Program-made: the position numbers and the translations under genes
Notes under the pieces: model-generated
The model's database searches: none
Told to the model about the DNA's origin: nothing
What the model saw: only the letters and a program-made list of their open reading frames with translations
Part shown: piece by piece, positions 37,164-47,754 of the stretch
How positions within the stretch are numbered: the first letter of the stretch is position 1
Layout of the letters: every line of letters starts with the position of its first letter
Assembly: GCA_963668175.1 (NCBI GenBank)
Contig: OY764159.1
Location: 384,001-448,000, forward strand
Direction: 5' to 3'
Source of the DNA: Syntrophales bacterium
GTDB lineage: Bacteria; Desulfobacterota; Syntrophia; Syntrophales; PHBD01
Length of the DNA: 64,000 bases

Positions 37164-39758
37164 ATGAAAGAAGACGCCCTGACCACTGTTCAATGTGGGT
37201 CTGAAACGAATAAGCTGAATGAGGAGATCGCCCGGCTAAAAAGATCGGAAGCCGATCTCAGGCAATCCGTAACGGCTTTAAAAAGAAGCGAGCAATACTT
37301 TCGGGCGATTACGCAGAATGCCTCCGATATCATCATCATTGTCGACAGAAAAGCCGCTATCACCTACGTCAATCCTTCCATAGAACGCCAACTCGGCTAC
37401 AAGCCGGACGAACTGATCGGACGGAGCGGATTCGATTTCATCTCGCTGGCTGATATCCCCAGGGCCATCTACGATTTTGGACGAGCCATTCTGACAAGGG
37501 AGACGGTTATACCCAATGCCTTTGCGGTCAAACACCGGGACGGATCGGAACGCATTTTGGAGGGCGTGGGGACCAATCTGCTTCGCGATCCCGTGGTTAA
37601 GGGATTTGTTATGAACGTCCGGGATGTAACGGAAAGAAAGAAGGCAGAGGACGAACTGCGCTTATACCGTAAACACCTGGAAGCGGTCGTCGAAGAGAGG
37701 ACGTCCGAACTGGCCCAAACCAATTCGCAGTTGGTTGCTGAACTGGGCGAGCGGCGCAGCATGGCAGAGGCCTTAAAGGAAAGCCAAGAAAAATACAGGA
37801 ATTTGCTGGAGGATGCACCTATCGGCTTCTGTATCGTTGATCCGTTGGGTTACATTCAATACGTTAATCGGCGATTGGAGGAAGAGACTGGCTGGCTGAG
37901 GGGGGAACTGATCGGCAGGAGCTGTTTTTCCCTCGGACTCTTTGACGAAGCAACCGGGCGCAGACTTTTGGAACGCCTGACAGCCCGTCTGAAGGGCGAT
38001 GCCCACCAGAACACGGAGATACCCGTTGTTTCCAGAAAAGGGAAAAAGTTATGGGTCGAAGTGAAAGGTACGATGCTGAGAAAAGACGGCATGATCTCCG
38101 GCATTCAGCTTGCCTTCACCGATGTTACGGAACAGCGATTGGCCGCCGAAGCTCTAAGACGGAGCGAAGAGAAATACCGCAACATCTTCGTGAACGCCGT
38201 CGAAGGCATCTATCAATGCAATCCTGAAGGACTTTTCATAACCGTCAATCCCGCCATGGCCAGAATCTGCGGGTATGACAGTCCGAAGGAAATGATCGAA
38301 GGCATACAAGATATCTCAACGCAGTTCTGCATAAAACCTGAAGATTGGAAAGGGTTTAAACGGACCATTGAGAAAAATGGACGTGCCGAGAACTCCGAAT
38401 ACCAGATCCGGAAGAAAGATGGGGGTGCCTTATGGGTATCCGTCAACGGCCGTTGCATCCGGGATGATGCGGGCGGTATCCTCTATTATGAAGGAAGCAT
38501 AGACGACATCAGCAAACGCAAAGAAGCGGAAGCGGCACTCAGGACGGCGGAGGAAAACTATCGGAATATTTTTGAGAACGCGTCGGAAGGCATCTATCAG
38601 AGCACACCGGAAGGCCGATACATTGAAGCTAATCCCGCTTTCGCCCGGATGCTCGGTTACGATTCACCGGCGGATCTCAAAACGTCGATCACGGATATTG
38701 CCAAACAGGTTTACGAAAATCCGCAAAAACGCGAAGAGAGTATGCTCGTGTTCACGGATAGGGACACGGCGAATTTCGAAATCAGAATACGGAGAAGAGA
38801 CGGCTATTTTGCCTGGATTCTCAACAGCGTCCGAGCCATTCGAGACGACAGGGGAGTCATAAGTCGGTTCGAGGGCGTGGTACAGGATATTACCGGGCGA
38901 AAAAAAATCGAAGCCGCACTTCGGGAAAGCGAGAAGAAATACAGAGACCTTGCAGAAATGCTCCCTCAGACCGTCATTGAGACAGACGAAACGCTACTGG
39001 TCACTTTTGCCAACAATTTTGCAATGACTGCCACCGGCTATACCGAGGAGGATATCAAACAAGGGATTAATTTATTTGATATTATCCGTGAGAAGGATCA
39101 GTCGAAGATCATGGAAAGCATAGACGAGTCCCCCGATTATGAGGGACATCCGTTCGGTGCTGAATGCACAGCCCTGAGAAAGGATGGCAGCACTTTTCCG
39201 ATGATCGCTTATACGAGCCCGATCACCCGGGACGGGAGATTTGCGGGACTGCGGGGTATTTTCATCGACATCACGGAACGGAAACGAATCGAAACGGCAT
39301 TACGGAAACGGGAACGGGAGTTCAAGAACCAATCCGGACGGCTTACGGAAATGAATATGGCGCTAAAAGTCTTGCTCAAGAATCAGGATGCGGAGAAGAA
39401 GGAGCATGAAGAGAAGATATTGACCAACGTCAGGGAATTGGTCGTGCCTTACATAGATAAATTGAAGAATTCGCGTTTAAACGCTCAACAGTCGACCTAT
39501 ATCGATATTGTGGAAGCCAACCTCAACACCATCATATCCTCTTTTTTACGCAACCTCACATCGAGATATTTGAATTTAACGCGTCGGGAAATCGAGTTGG
39601 CCTATCTGATCAAAGAGGGAAAAACAACCAAAGAGATATCGGAATTATTAAACTTATCGTCAAGAACGATCGACAGCCACAGAAATCGAATCAGGAAAAA
39701 ACTGGGATTATCCAATAGAAAGATCAACCTTAAGTCCTACCTACTATCTCTCATTTAA
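37164..39758 (+). CDS. Multi-PAS LuxR-type transcriptional regulator
   Basis: Five PAS/PAC repeats (DVTERK, DITGRK, DITERK); C-terminal LTRREIELAYLIKEGKTTKEISELLNLSSRTIDSHR. Confidence 0.93.
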   Translation: MKEDALTTVQCGSETNKLNEEIARLKRSEADLRQSVTALKRSEQYFRAITQNASDIIIIVDRKAAITYVNPSIERQLGYKPDELIGRSGFDFISLADIPRAIYDFGRAILTRETVIPNAFAVKHRDGSERILEGVGTNLLRDPVVKGFVMNVRDVTERKKAEDELRLYRKHLEAVVEERTSELAQTNSQLVAELGERRSMAEALKESQEKYRNLLEDAPIGFCIVDPLGYIQYVNRRLEEETGWLRGELIGRSCFSLGLFDEATGRRLLERLTARLKGDAHQNTEIPVVSRKGKKLWVEVKGTMLRKDGMISGIQLAFTDVTEQRLAAEALRRSEEKYRNIFVNAVEGIYQCNPEGLFITVNPAMARICGYDSPKEMIEGIQDISTQFCIKPEDWKGFKRTIEKNGRAENSEYQIRKKDGGALWVSVNGRCIRDDAGGILYYEGSIDDISKRKEAEAALRTAEENYRNIFENASEGIYQSTPEGRYIEANPAFARMLGYDSPADLKTSITDIAKQVYENPQKREESMLVFTDRDTANFEIRIRRRDGYFAWILNSVRAIRDDRGVISRFEGVVQDITGRKKIEAALRESEKKYRDLAEMLPQTVIETDETLLVTFANNFAMTATGYTEEDIKQGINLFDIIREKDQSKIMESIDESPDYEGHPFGAECTALRKDGSTFPMIAYTSPITRDGRFAGLRGIFIDITERKRIETALRKREREFKNQSGRLTEMNMALKVLLKNQDAEKKEHEEKILTNVRELVVPYIDKLKNSRLNAQQSTYIDIVEANLNTIISSFLRNLTSRYLNLTRREIELAYLIKEGKTTKEISELLNLSSRTIDSHRNRIRKKLGLSNRKINLKSYLLSLI

Positions 39759-40081
39759 CACCTAATTATTCTAGGTATTAAAGAAGCATTTTATCAGTAT
39801 TGAAATAGGCGCCCGCCACGTGTAAAGAATAATCGCCTATATGACAATGTATTAACAAGACACTGCGGACGTTTTTTTCATCGAATTTAAGGAAGATCCG
39901 ATTATCAGTCTCATGTAGGGGGGGCATGAGACTGTAAGAATCGCCGTTCGGCCCTCCTCATGAAATCAATATTTCCTCCTTAATATTATTGTGGAAATCA
40001 TTACGCCTCGTCGTTTTAATCATATCTCTATATCTCACGCCTGAAATTTCGGGCCGTGGATTTTATTGTGTGTAATACACG

Positions 40082-42295
40082 ATGAAAGAAGATTTTGACA
40101 TGGTTTGTCTGAAAAATTCGATGGCTGCGGGGAAGCAGGATTCCTTTTTGGAGAATCTGTTTGAATCTCTGCACGACGCCGTTTTATTCGTCGAGGAAGA
40201 TCGGATATTTACCTGTAATTCCAAAGCACTGGACATGTGGGGTTGTGCTACCAAGGAAGAACTTCTCGGAAATTCGCTCAGTCAATTGTCGCCGACACTG
40301 CAGCCCGATGGGCAAAATTCCAAAGTGAAGATTCTGAAAAAGAGCGATAGCCTCACCATCGGGCAGACGATAAAATTCGAATGGCAGTTTCTTCGTCGTG
40401 ATTGTTCACGATGGGATGCCGAAGTGCATCTTCGCGCCTTTCAATTTGACGATCGTTGCCTCACGCAGGCCGTTGTGCATGATTTAACCGACCAAAGGGC
40501 ATTGGCCTGGGAACGGCGGGAAGGTCGTCAAAGACTGTACGGCATCATTCAGAGCCTCCCCACACCGGCCTTCGTCATCGACAAGGATCATATCACCGTC
40601 TTCTGGAACAAAGCCCTGGAGCAGTTAAGCGGTATACGTGCCTTTGACGTCCTGGGTACATCCAATCACTGGCGAGCCTTTCATGACATTGAGGGTCCCT
40701 GCCTGGCGGATATGCTGGTCGATGAGGCTTACGACCGCATTTCCGAAAGGTATGGCGGCAAGTGTACTCCGTCAGAGTATATCAAGGGAGCTTATGAAGT
40801 TACGGATCTCTCTCCGCAGATAAACGGGAAAAGCAGATGGCTCCACCATACCTGTTCCATTCTTCGGGACACAGAAGGACGAACGATAGGAGCAATCGAG
40901 GTACTCGAAGACCGCACCGAGTGGCGAAAAACGGAAGCATCCCTTCAAAAGACGGAAGAAAGATACCGCGATTTATTCAATAATGTCCGGGACGGCATCT
41001 ATCGCATCACGCCGGACGGGCACGATGCGGAAGCCAATGACGCCTTTGCCCGGATGCTGGGCCTTGAATCCCTGGAAGAAGCGAAAGAGGCCCTGACAAA
41101 CATCATCCCCAAGGACTGCTATGATCCGGAATACCGTTGGGATGTTTACGGTATGCACGATGAACCTGGTACGGAAGATTTTGAAGTGGAAATCCGGAGA
41201 AAGGATGGAGGTCTTTCATCGATACTCAATCGTATCAGGATTATCCGGGATGAAAAAGGCCGTTTTATCCGTTGCGAAGGCGTGGCCCGGGATGTCACGG
41301 AACAGAGAAGCTTGGAAAAGGCCCTCGGTAAAGCGGAACGGGAAAAAGCGACGCTTGTCGATGCTTTGTCCGAGCTTGTCGTTCTGCTGGATAAGAATAT
41401 GAGAATCGTGTGGTCCAATCGCGCCTTGTTCCGTCATTTCCGGTTAAAGCCGGGCGAAGTCCGCGGAACGCGATGTTATGAATCGATTCATCAATTAAAG
41501 AGGCCGTGTAAAATCTGTCCGGCCGTAAAGGCCATGGAGTCGGGCCGCCCTCAGATTGTGGAGAATGTCAACGCCGGAGGTAAAAGGTGGATATTGAAAG
41601 CTTATCCGCTTAGGGATGAACGGGGAAACCTGGATGGCGTGATTGAGATCGCCACGGATATCACGCAACAGAAACAGACCAGGGAAGAACTGACCCATAC
41701 CACGGAACTCTTGAGGCATACGCTTGAAGGGACAATCCAAGCCATGTCCGTAGCCGTGGAAACAAGGGACCCCTATACGGCGGGCCATCAAAAGAGAGTG
41801 GCCGATCTTGCGTATGCCATCGCTCTGGAAATGGGATTGTCTCACAAACAAATCAACGGAATACGCATGGCGGCTGCGATTCATGATATCGGGAAGATAT
41901 GCGTTCCCGCCGAAATATTGACCAGGCCGACAAGTCTGTCCGCAATCGAATTCGACCTGGTAAAAGTTCATTCCCGGGCCGGCTACGAAATTCTCAAAGA
42001 TATTGAATTCCCCTGGCCCATCGCGAGAATGATCCTCGAGCATCACGAAAAAATCGACGGTTCCGGTTACCCGAATGGCCTTTCCGGTGATAACATCCTC
42101 ATCGAATCCCGCGTGCTGGCCGTGGCCGATGTCGTGGAAGCCATCAATTCCCATCGACCCTATCGGCCGGCCCTGGGCGTCGAATCGGCACTGGCTGAGA
42201 TTCATCAAAACATGGGTACATATTACGATCCAGACGTGGTCAAGGCCTGCCTGAAGCTCTTCCGGGAAAAGAGTTACATACTGAAGACTTTTTAG
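40082..42295 (+). CDS. Multi-PAS HD-GYP phosphodiesterase
   Basis: RDPYTAGHQKRV, IHDIGKI, HHEKIDGSGYP, HRPYR; four PAS domains. Confidence 0.93.
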   Translation: MKEDFDMVCLKNSMAAGKQDSFLENLFESLHDAVLFVEEDRIFTCNSKALDMWGCATKEELLGNSLSQLSPTLQPDGQNSKVKILKKSDSLTIGQTIKFEWQFLRRDCSRWDAEVHLRAFQFDDRCLTQAVVHDLTDQRALAWERREGRQRLYGIIQSLPTPAFVIDKDHITVFWNKALEQLSGIRAFDVLGTSNHWRAFHDIEGPCLADMLVDEAYDRISERYGGKCTPSEYIKGAYEVTDLSPQINGKSRWLHHTCSILRDTEGRTIGAIEVLEDRTEWRKTEASLQKTEERYRDLFNNVRDGIYRITPDGHDAEANDAFARMLGLESLEEAKEALTNIIPKDCYDPEYRWDVYGMHDEPGTEDFEVEIRRKDGGLSSILNRIRIIRDEKGRFIRCEGVARDVTEQRSLEKALGKAEREKATLVDALSELVVLLDKNMRIVWSNRALFRHFRLKPGEVRGTRCYESIHQLKRPCKICPAVKAMESGRPQIVENVNAGGKRWILKAYPLRDERGNLDGVIEIATDITQQKQTREELTHTTELLRHTLEGTIQAMSVAVETRDPYTAGHQKRVADLAYAIALEMGLSHKQINGIRMAAAIHDIGKICVPAEILTRPTSLSAIEFDLVKVHSRAGYEILKDIEFPWPIARMILEHHEKIDGSGYPNGLSGDNILIESRVLAVADVVEAINSHRPYRPALGVESALAEIHQNMGTYYDPDVVKACLKLFREKSYILKTF

Positions 42296-42522
42296 CCGTC
42301 CGCAGACGTTCTGTCTCGCCTTCCTTTTTCCCGAATCATGTGGAAGCATCGATAATGCGGCTATTTCTTCATCCTTCACGACTTGTTCGATCTCGATTTC
42401 ATGACATGCGGAAGACGCCGGCCTTTCAGAAAGGAGGCTTGATGTGATTTTGCTGCATTATATTTATCAAAATAACTTGATAAAATATGATAACTGTGAA
42501 AAGTGAAAGCGTTACCATGAAA

Positions 42523-42571
42523 GTGCGCCGTAACCGCCGGTTCATCGGTGATGGCCGTGTCGCGGCGGCAC
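42523..42571 (+). ncRNA. Candidate cis-regulatory structured RNA
   Basis: GTGCGCCG-TAA-CCGCCG-GTTCAT-CGGT-GAT-GG...CGGCGGCAC: closing stem plus inner hairpin, upstream of a small CDS. Confidence 0.4.
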
Positions 42572-42629
42572 AGGGGCCCGCTGAGCGAGGAGTCTATAAT
42601 TCAAAACTATTGCCGAGAGAAGAACGATT

Positions 42630-42905
42630 ATGCCAGACTACAGAATTAAAATCACAGAGACTGAAGATGAGGAACTCACCCATCATCATTATCTGATTAC
42701 GGCCAAGGATGCAGACGAAGCCAAACGCATCGCCATGAAATACATGAAGCATTTCATCGATGACGATGAACATCCGGAAATCATTGAGGGTGGTTACTCT
42801 TTTTACAATGGCGCCTACTTGGTTAAATTAACCGACATCAAACCTACAACGAAAGAGCAGTTCAAGGATTTCCTGCTTAAAATTCATACAATCAATTTAA
42901 CCTGA
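42630..42905 (+). CDS. Hypothetical acidic protein (91 aa)
   Basis: Clean ORF with protein-like composition (YLITAKDADEAKRIA). Confidence 0.75.
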   Translation: MPDYRIKITETEDEELTHHHYLITAKDADEAKRIAMKYMKHFIDDDEHPEIIEGGYSFYNGAYLVKLTDIKPTTKEQFKDFLLKIHTINLT

Positions 42906-43112
42906 ACGTCCGGCTTCAAGAAATTTATGATGGTTGCACCCTGGACCGTTTTGAATAGTGTGTTTCGGAATGGAGGGCAAGTTTCACATTCCGGAACCGA
43001 TGAAACAACCCGGTGTATGATTTTGTCCTGACTCTCTCGTAACGATCTTTCTATCCGGGGGTCAAAGGACCGTCGAGTTGCGGTCATCACGTTGCTTCGG
43101 GGAGATCAAAGG

Positions 43113-43788
43113 CATGGATAATAAGATACGCAGAAATTTCGGCAGAAAGGATAGTGTTCTTTATCATGACAGCGGACGCTCGTCCGTTATCAGGAAAACC
43201 GTTTGTTCCATCCCGGCGGTCGTTGCGTTGATGGTTTTCCTGTCCGTGACCTCTTTCGCCGTAGCGGAACAATCCCTGGTACCCTCATATGGCGCGGGGA
43301 AATATGAATTGTTCGTCTTCACGGATTACTTCTGCCCGCCTTGCCAAGAGCTGGAAGCGGACATGGAGCCGGCCTTAAGACGTTTGCTTGCGACGGGCGG
43401 TGTCAGGGTTACATTCGTTGACGTGCCGCTGCATCAGTATTCATTGTTATATATCAAATACTTTCTCTATGCGGCCAACGGAGGCGCCAAGAACAAAGAT
43501 ATCCTCCGCGCTCGCAACATTCTCTTCAGCCTTGCCAAAAGCAACACTGTAACGACTGAAGATGATCTGGCAAACGCTCTCCGCAAACAGCGTGTCGCCT
43601 TCAAACCCTACGATCTCAAGAATGTCTTTGCAGCATTAACCGAAATCGTCCGTAAGCACAACATCCGGTCCACACCGACGTGCATCGTGAAATATTCCGA
43701 TACCGACGTACGCAAATATATCGGCGGCGATGAGATAAAGAAGGGGCTGTCGCTCCTCCAGACACATCTGAAGAATCCACAGCGCTAG
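43113..43788 (+). CDS. DsbA/thioredoxin-fold exported protein; start uncertain
   Basis: Signal-like segment, FTDYFCPPC, STPT cis-Pro loop. Confidence 0.82.
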
Positions 43789-43868
43789 ATTTTCATGGAA
43801 CACATTTTCCGGAAAAGCGGGCCGCGCAGGACATCGCCGCTTTCCGACACGCCGGATCGTTAATCGTC

Positions 43869-45290
43869 ATGAAAAAAATGAAAAAGAAGACCAAGATCGT
43901 CGCAACGATCTCAGACCGGCGATGCGATGTGCCTTTTCTTGTAAAGCTTTTCCGCGCCGGGATGGATGTGGTCAGGCTCAACACGGCCTATCAATCTCTG
44001 GACCGGGCCATGCACATCATCGAAAACACGAGGAAAGTATCGGACGATATTGCGATTCTTATCGACACCAAAGGTCCGGAAATTCGTACGGGCCGCGTTG
44101 CGTCCGCGATAACCCTCGGTTGCGGAGACACGATTTCCGTCAAGGGTGCCCCTGGCGAAACGGGAAGCCGGGACTGCCTCTACGTGACCTATCCGGGATT
44201 TGTGCATGACGTCCCCGTACACAGCCATGTCCTGATCGATGACGGACAACTCGATCTCTACGTCAAGGAAAAAAAGGGAGGTGCCTTAATCTGCCAGTCC
44301 CTGAACGAAGGCGTTATAGAAGGGCACAAGAGCGTGAACGTGCCGAATGTCCGTTTCAATCTGCCGTCTTTAAGCAAGAAGGACCGGGATTTTATAGCCT
44401 TCGCCATGGACCAGGATATCGACTTCATCGCCCATTCTTTCGTCCGCTCCAAGGAAGACGTCCTGGCTGTTCAGGCCTTGCTGGACAAACGGCGAAGTCC
44501 CATCAAGATCATAGCCAAAATTGAAAACAGGGAAGGCGTCGAACACATCGACGAAATTCTGGACCATGCCTACGGCATTATGGTGGCCCGCGGAGATTTG
44601 GCGATAGAAATACCTTATGAAAAGATACCCGGCATCCAGAAGATGATCATCGAGAAGTGTATTGCCCGTCGAAAACCGGTTATCGTCGCCACCCAGATGC
44701 TCCACTCCATGATAGCCAATCCCCGCCCCACGAGAGCCGAGGTCAGCGATATCGCCAGCGCCATCTACGGTAAAGCGGATGCCATCATGCTGAGCGGCGA
44801 AACGGCCAGCGGCCGCTATCCCGTAGAAGCCGTGGTGACCATGGCGAAAGTCGCCGCCGAAGTCGAAAAATCCCAAAGCGACGTCCATGCCGTTCCGACC
44901 GTCGTCCTCACCAACGAGCGGTCGGCCTTCCTGACCAAGACGGCCGTGGAGGCAGCCATCCATCTCAAGGCCAAAGCCATCGTCGCCGATACGTCGTCGG
45001 GCAACTCGATACGCAATATGGCCGGCTTCAGGGGACAGACTCCCATATTCGCCCACTGTTACGACAGGCACGTCGTGAGGCAACTTACGCTCTCTTTCGG
45101 CGTACACCCCGAATACCTGAGCCGGACAAAGAACAGTCACGACTTCGTTCACAAAGCACTGCAAAGCCATCTTGAGGACGGAACGCTCAGGAGTAAGGAC
45201 CTTGTCATCATTATGGCCGGAAATTACGGGGACAGTTACGGGGCGTCCTTTATCGAGATCAGTCCCGTGGAACTTCTCATGAACAGATAG
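43869..45290 (+). CDS. pyk: Pyruvate kinase
   Basis: DTKGPEIRTG, IIAKIEN, IMVARGDL, ATQML, PRPTRAE, MLSGETA. Confidence 0.96.
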   Translation: MKKMKKKTKIVATISDRRCDVPFLVKLFRAGMDVVRLNTAYQSLDRAMHIIENTRKVSDDIAILIDTKGPEIRTGRVASAITLGCGDTISVKGAPGETGSRDCLYVTYPGFVHDVPVHSHVLIDDGQLDLYVKEKKGGALICQSLNEGVIEGHKSVNVPNVRFNLPSLSKKDRDFIAFAMDQDIDFIAHSFVRSKEDVLAVQALLDKRRSPIKIIAKIENREGVEHIDEILDHAYGIMVARGDLAIEIPYEKIPGIQKMIIEKCIARRKPVIVATQMLHSMIANPRPTRAEVSDIASAIYGKADAIMLSGETASGRYPVEAVVTMAKVAAEVEKSQSDVHAVPTVVLTNERSAFLTKTAVEAAIHLKAKAIVADTSSGNSIRNMAGFRGQTPIFAHCYDRHVVRQLTLSFGVHPEYLSRTKNSHDFVHKALQSHLEDGTLRSKDLVIIMAGNYGDSYGASFIEISPVELLMNR

Positions 45291-45293
45291 ATG

Positions 45294-47054
45294 TCAGGAC
45301 CGGTCCGACTCCGGAGTAAGGGGTATGAAAAGGGATACGGTCGTGCCTGCACCGGGTCTGCTTTCGATATCCATCCAGCCCTGGCTCACCTTAAGTAGGT
45401 GTTTCACGATTGACAACCCCAGGCCGGTACCGCCCATCTCACGCGACCTCGTCTTATCGACACGATAGAACCTCTCCCCCAGGCGGGATATTTCATCTTT
45501 GGGAATGCCGATTCCCGTGTCGCTTATTCTGATGTTCAGGACATCATCCTTGCCCACGGATACCGAGACGGTAATGCGTCCGCCGTGCGGCGTAAATTTG
45601 ACGGCATTGTCCAGGACGTTCAGCAGTATCTGCGAAATTTTATCCCGGTCGGCATTGAGAAGAGGGAGGGTCCCGGGAACGTCGCTCGCAATTTGCAGGC
45701 CCTTCTCCGCCGCTTTTGCATGAATGACGGCCAGAATATTCTCCAGCAGATGATCGAAGGCAAAAGGCTTTACTTCCAGCGCCGTCTCACCCAGTTCAAT
45801 CCTCGACAGCGTAAGGAGATCGTCGACGAGACGGTCCAGACGCAAGGCATGGTCGTGAATGATCTGGAGAAATTTGCGGGCCGTTGCGCCATCGTCAAGG
45901 GCGCCCTGTTGCAGGGTCTCGACGAATCCGATAATCGCCGTCAGCGGGGTTTTAATCTCGTGGGTCACGTTGGCCACAAAATCAGCGCGCACACATTCGA
46001 GCTGCTTCAATCGCGTCACGTCATGAAATACAAGCATCACTTTTTCGGGTTGCCCAGGCGGGGCCTTGATAACCGAGACGTTTACATCCAACAGCACCTT
46101 TCCCGTTTCACCTAGGGCTATTTCCTGGAGCTGCGCCTGCTTGGTCGCCCGGACCTGTTCCACGGCATCATGCAGTCTGGTGCTGTGAAAGGTTTCCAGG
46201 GTCGTTTTACCGATAATCTCCTCGGTCCTGGCATCAAGAATCTCTCGCATGCTCTTGTTTAAGGTTTCGATGCGGTTTTCGGCATCCAGAACCATGACAC
46301 CCTCCGACATGCTCGCAAATGCCGACTTTAATTTCTCCTGTTCCTCCAAGGCCGCAGTGATCTTCTCCTGCAGAGCCACAACCATCTCGTTGATATTCCC
46401 CGCGAGTTGTCCGATCTCATCCCTGGAATGCACCACGATCGATCCGGACACATCGCCCCTTTTAACTTTCTCTGTAAATTCAGCCATATCCGCAATGGGG
46501 GCGGTAACTTTTAGGGAAAAGGCAAGAGCGCCAAGCATAGACAGGATAATAATCATAAGGAAGACGTGGCTGATGATATAACGAAAGTGAGTAAGCGATT
46601 CGGAAACCTGATACAACGGCAGGGCCAGGCGTATGTACGCGCTGATCTTGCCAGCTTCATAAAGAGGCAATGCGACATAAAGCATATCCGTCCCCAGGGT
46701 GCGGCTGTACCGTATCGCAGACCCTTTCCCTTTGAGACGCGATTCCTGAATTTCAGGGCGATTCAGATGGTTGTCCATATCCCGGACGGCATCCGAATCG
46801 GAGATGACATTGCCCGAGGCGTCGATTAAAGTCAGCCGCGCATGGGAACTTGCGGACAGGTATTTGCTGCGCTTCACGATATCATCGGTCTGCATGGCAG
46901 CAATGATCCGGGCCTGGGCCAGCAGATTCTCCTCTATGACTTTCCTTAAATCCCCGGTAATCTGCTTCTCAATAAAGTACCCTGTGATCAGGAAAGCCAG
47001 AATCCCGACGGCTAAAAAGAGACCAAGCTGTTTAAAGAAGAGACGGTTTTTCAT
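45294..47054 (-). CDS. phoR: Phosphate regulon sensor kinase (HAMP-PAS-HisKA-HATPase)
   Basis: DFVANVTHEIKTPLTAI, ERFYRVDKTRSREMGGTGLGL; pst/phoU context. Confidence 0.93.
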   Translation of the reverse strand: MKNRLFFKQLGLFLAVGILAFLITGYFIEKQITGDLRKVIEENLLAQARIIAAMQTDDIVKRSKYLSASSHARLTLIDASGNVISDSDAVRDMDNHLNRPEIQESRLKGKGSAIRYSRTLGTDMLYVALPLYEAGKISAYIRLALPLYQVSESLTHFRYIISHVFLMIIILSMLGALAFSLKVTAPIADMAEFTEKVKRGDVSGSIVVHSRDEIGQLAGNINEMVVALQEKITAALEEQEKLKSAFASMSEGVMVLDAENRIETLNKSMREILDARTEEIIGKTTLETFHSTRLHDAVEQVRATKQAQLQEIALGETGKVLLDVNVSVIKAPPGQPEKVMLVFHDVTRLKQLECVRADFVANVTHEIKTPLTAIIGFVETLQQGALDDGATARKFLQIIHDHALRLDRLVDDLLTLSRIELGETALEVKPFAFDHLLENILAVIHAKAAEKGLQIASDVPGTLPLLNADRDKISQILLNVLDNAVKFTPHGGRITVSVSVGKDDVLNIRISDTGIGIPKDEISRLGERFYRVDKTRSREMGGTGLGLSIVKHLLKVSQGWMDIESRPGAGTTVSLFIPLTPESDRS

Positions 47055-47740
47055 TCCTCGTTCTCGGCGGATTCCTTGTGTCTGACACTGATACCTGTAA
47101 CCATATAGACGACCATGTCGGCAATGCCCTTGGCGTGATCGGAAATCCGTTCCAGATTTTTCGATATCTGCATGATGATGAGGGCCCGGTGGATCGTTCT
47201 CGGATCTTCCATCATGAAGGTGAGCAATTCGCGGAAGATCTGTTCATTGAGATGATCGACCATTTCGTCGTCCATCCGCACTTTATGAGCCAGATCGACG
47301 TCCTGATTCACCAGGGCGTCGAGGCTTTCCTTAATCATCCCCTGACCTATTTCCGCCATCCGGGGCAGATCGATGTATGGCTTCAATTGCACTTCGTTAT
47401 TAAGAAAAACGACTTTTTCCGCGATATTGACGGCCATGTCGCCGATCCTCTCCAGGTGGCCGTTGATTTTAATCGCCGTCGTGATGAAGCGCAGGTCCCG
47501 CGCTGCCGGCTGACGTAAAGCCAGTAGTCGGATACACCGGTCCTCGATTTCCACATCGAGCCGGTCTATCTGATCGTCCTCGGCGATGACCTGTCGGGCC
47601 AGCTCGGTATCGCGTGTTATTAATGCTTTCATGCCGTTGTTTATCGCGGACTGCGTCAGGGCGCCGAGATAAAGAAGGCCGTCCTTGATTTCCTGGAGTT
47701 CCCTTTCATATTCCCGACTTGTGTGTTTCTTTTCGTCCAT
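47051..47740 (-). CDS. phoU: Phosphate signalling protein PhoU
   Basis: QPAARDLR, LERIGD, LERISDH; start re-called at ATG 47740. Confidence 0.95.
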   Translation of the reverse strand: MDEKKHTSREYERELQEIKDGLLYLGALTQSAINNGMKALITRDTELARQVIAEDDQIDRLDVEIEDRCIRLLALRQPAARDLRFITTAIKINGHLERIGDMAVNIAEKVVFLNNEVQLKPYIDLPRMAEIGQGMIKESLDALVNQDVDLAHKVRMDDEMVDHLNEQIFRELLTFMMEDPRTIHRALIIMQISKNLERISDHAKGIADMVVYMVTGISVRHKESAENEE

Positions 47741-47754
47741 AACATACCCTTTCC

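Noticed and set aside
42431..42447. Strong SD followed by an ATG-TGA start-stop
   Set aside because: It sits in a small hairpin with no supporting promoter or conservation evidence; could be chance.
42510..42560. Fluoride (crcB) riboswitch resemblance (AACCGCC...TGATG)
   Set aside because: The 5' GGCGATGG element and pseudoknot partner are missing, and no fluoride-related gene follows.
30789..43100. Integrative element or prophage at tRNA-Glu
   Set aside because: I found no integrase, phage genes or duplicated tRNA 3' end by eye.
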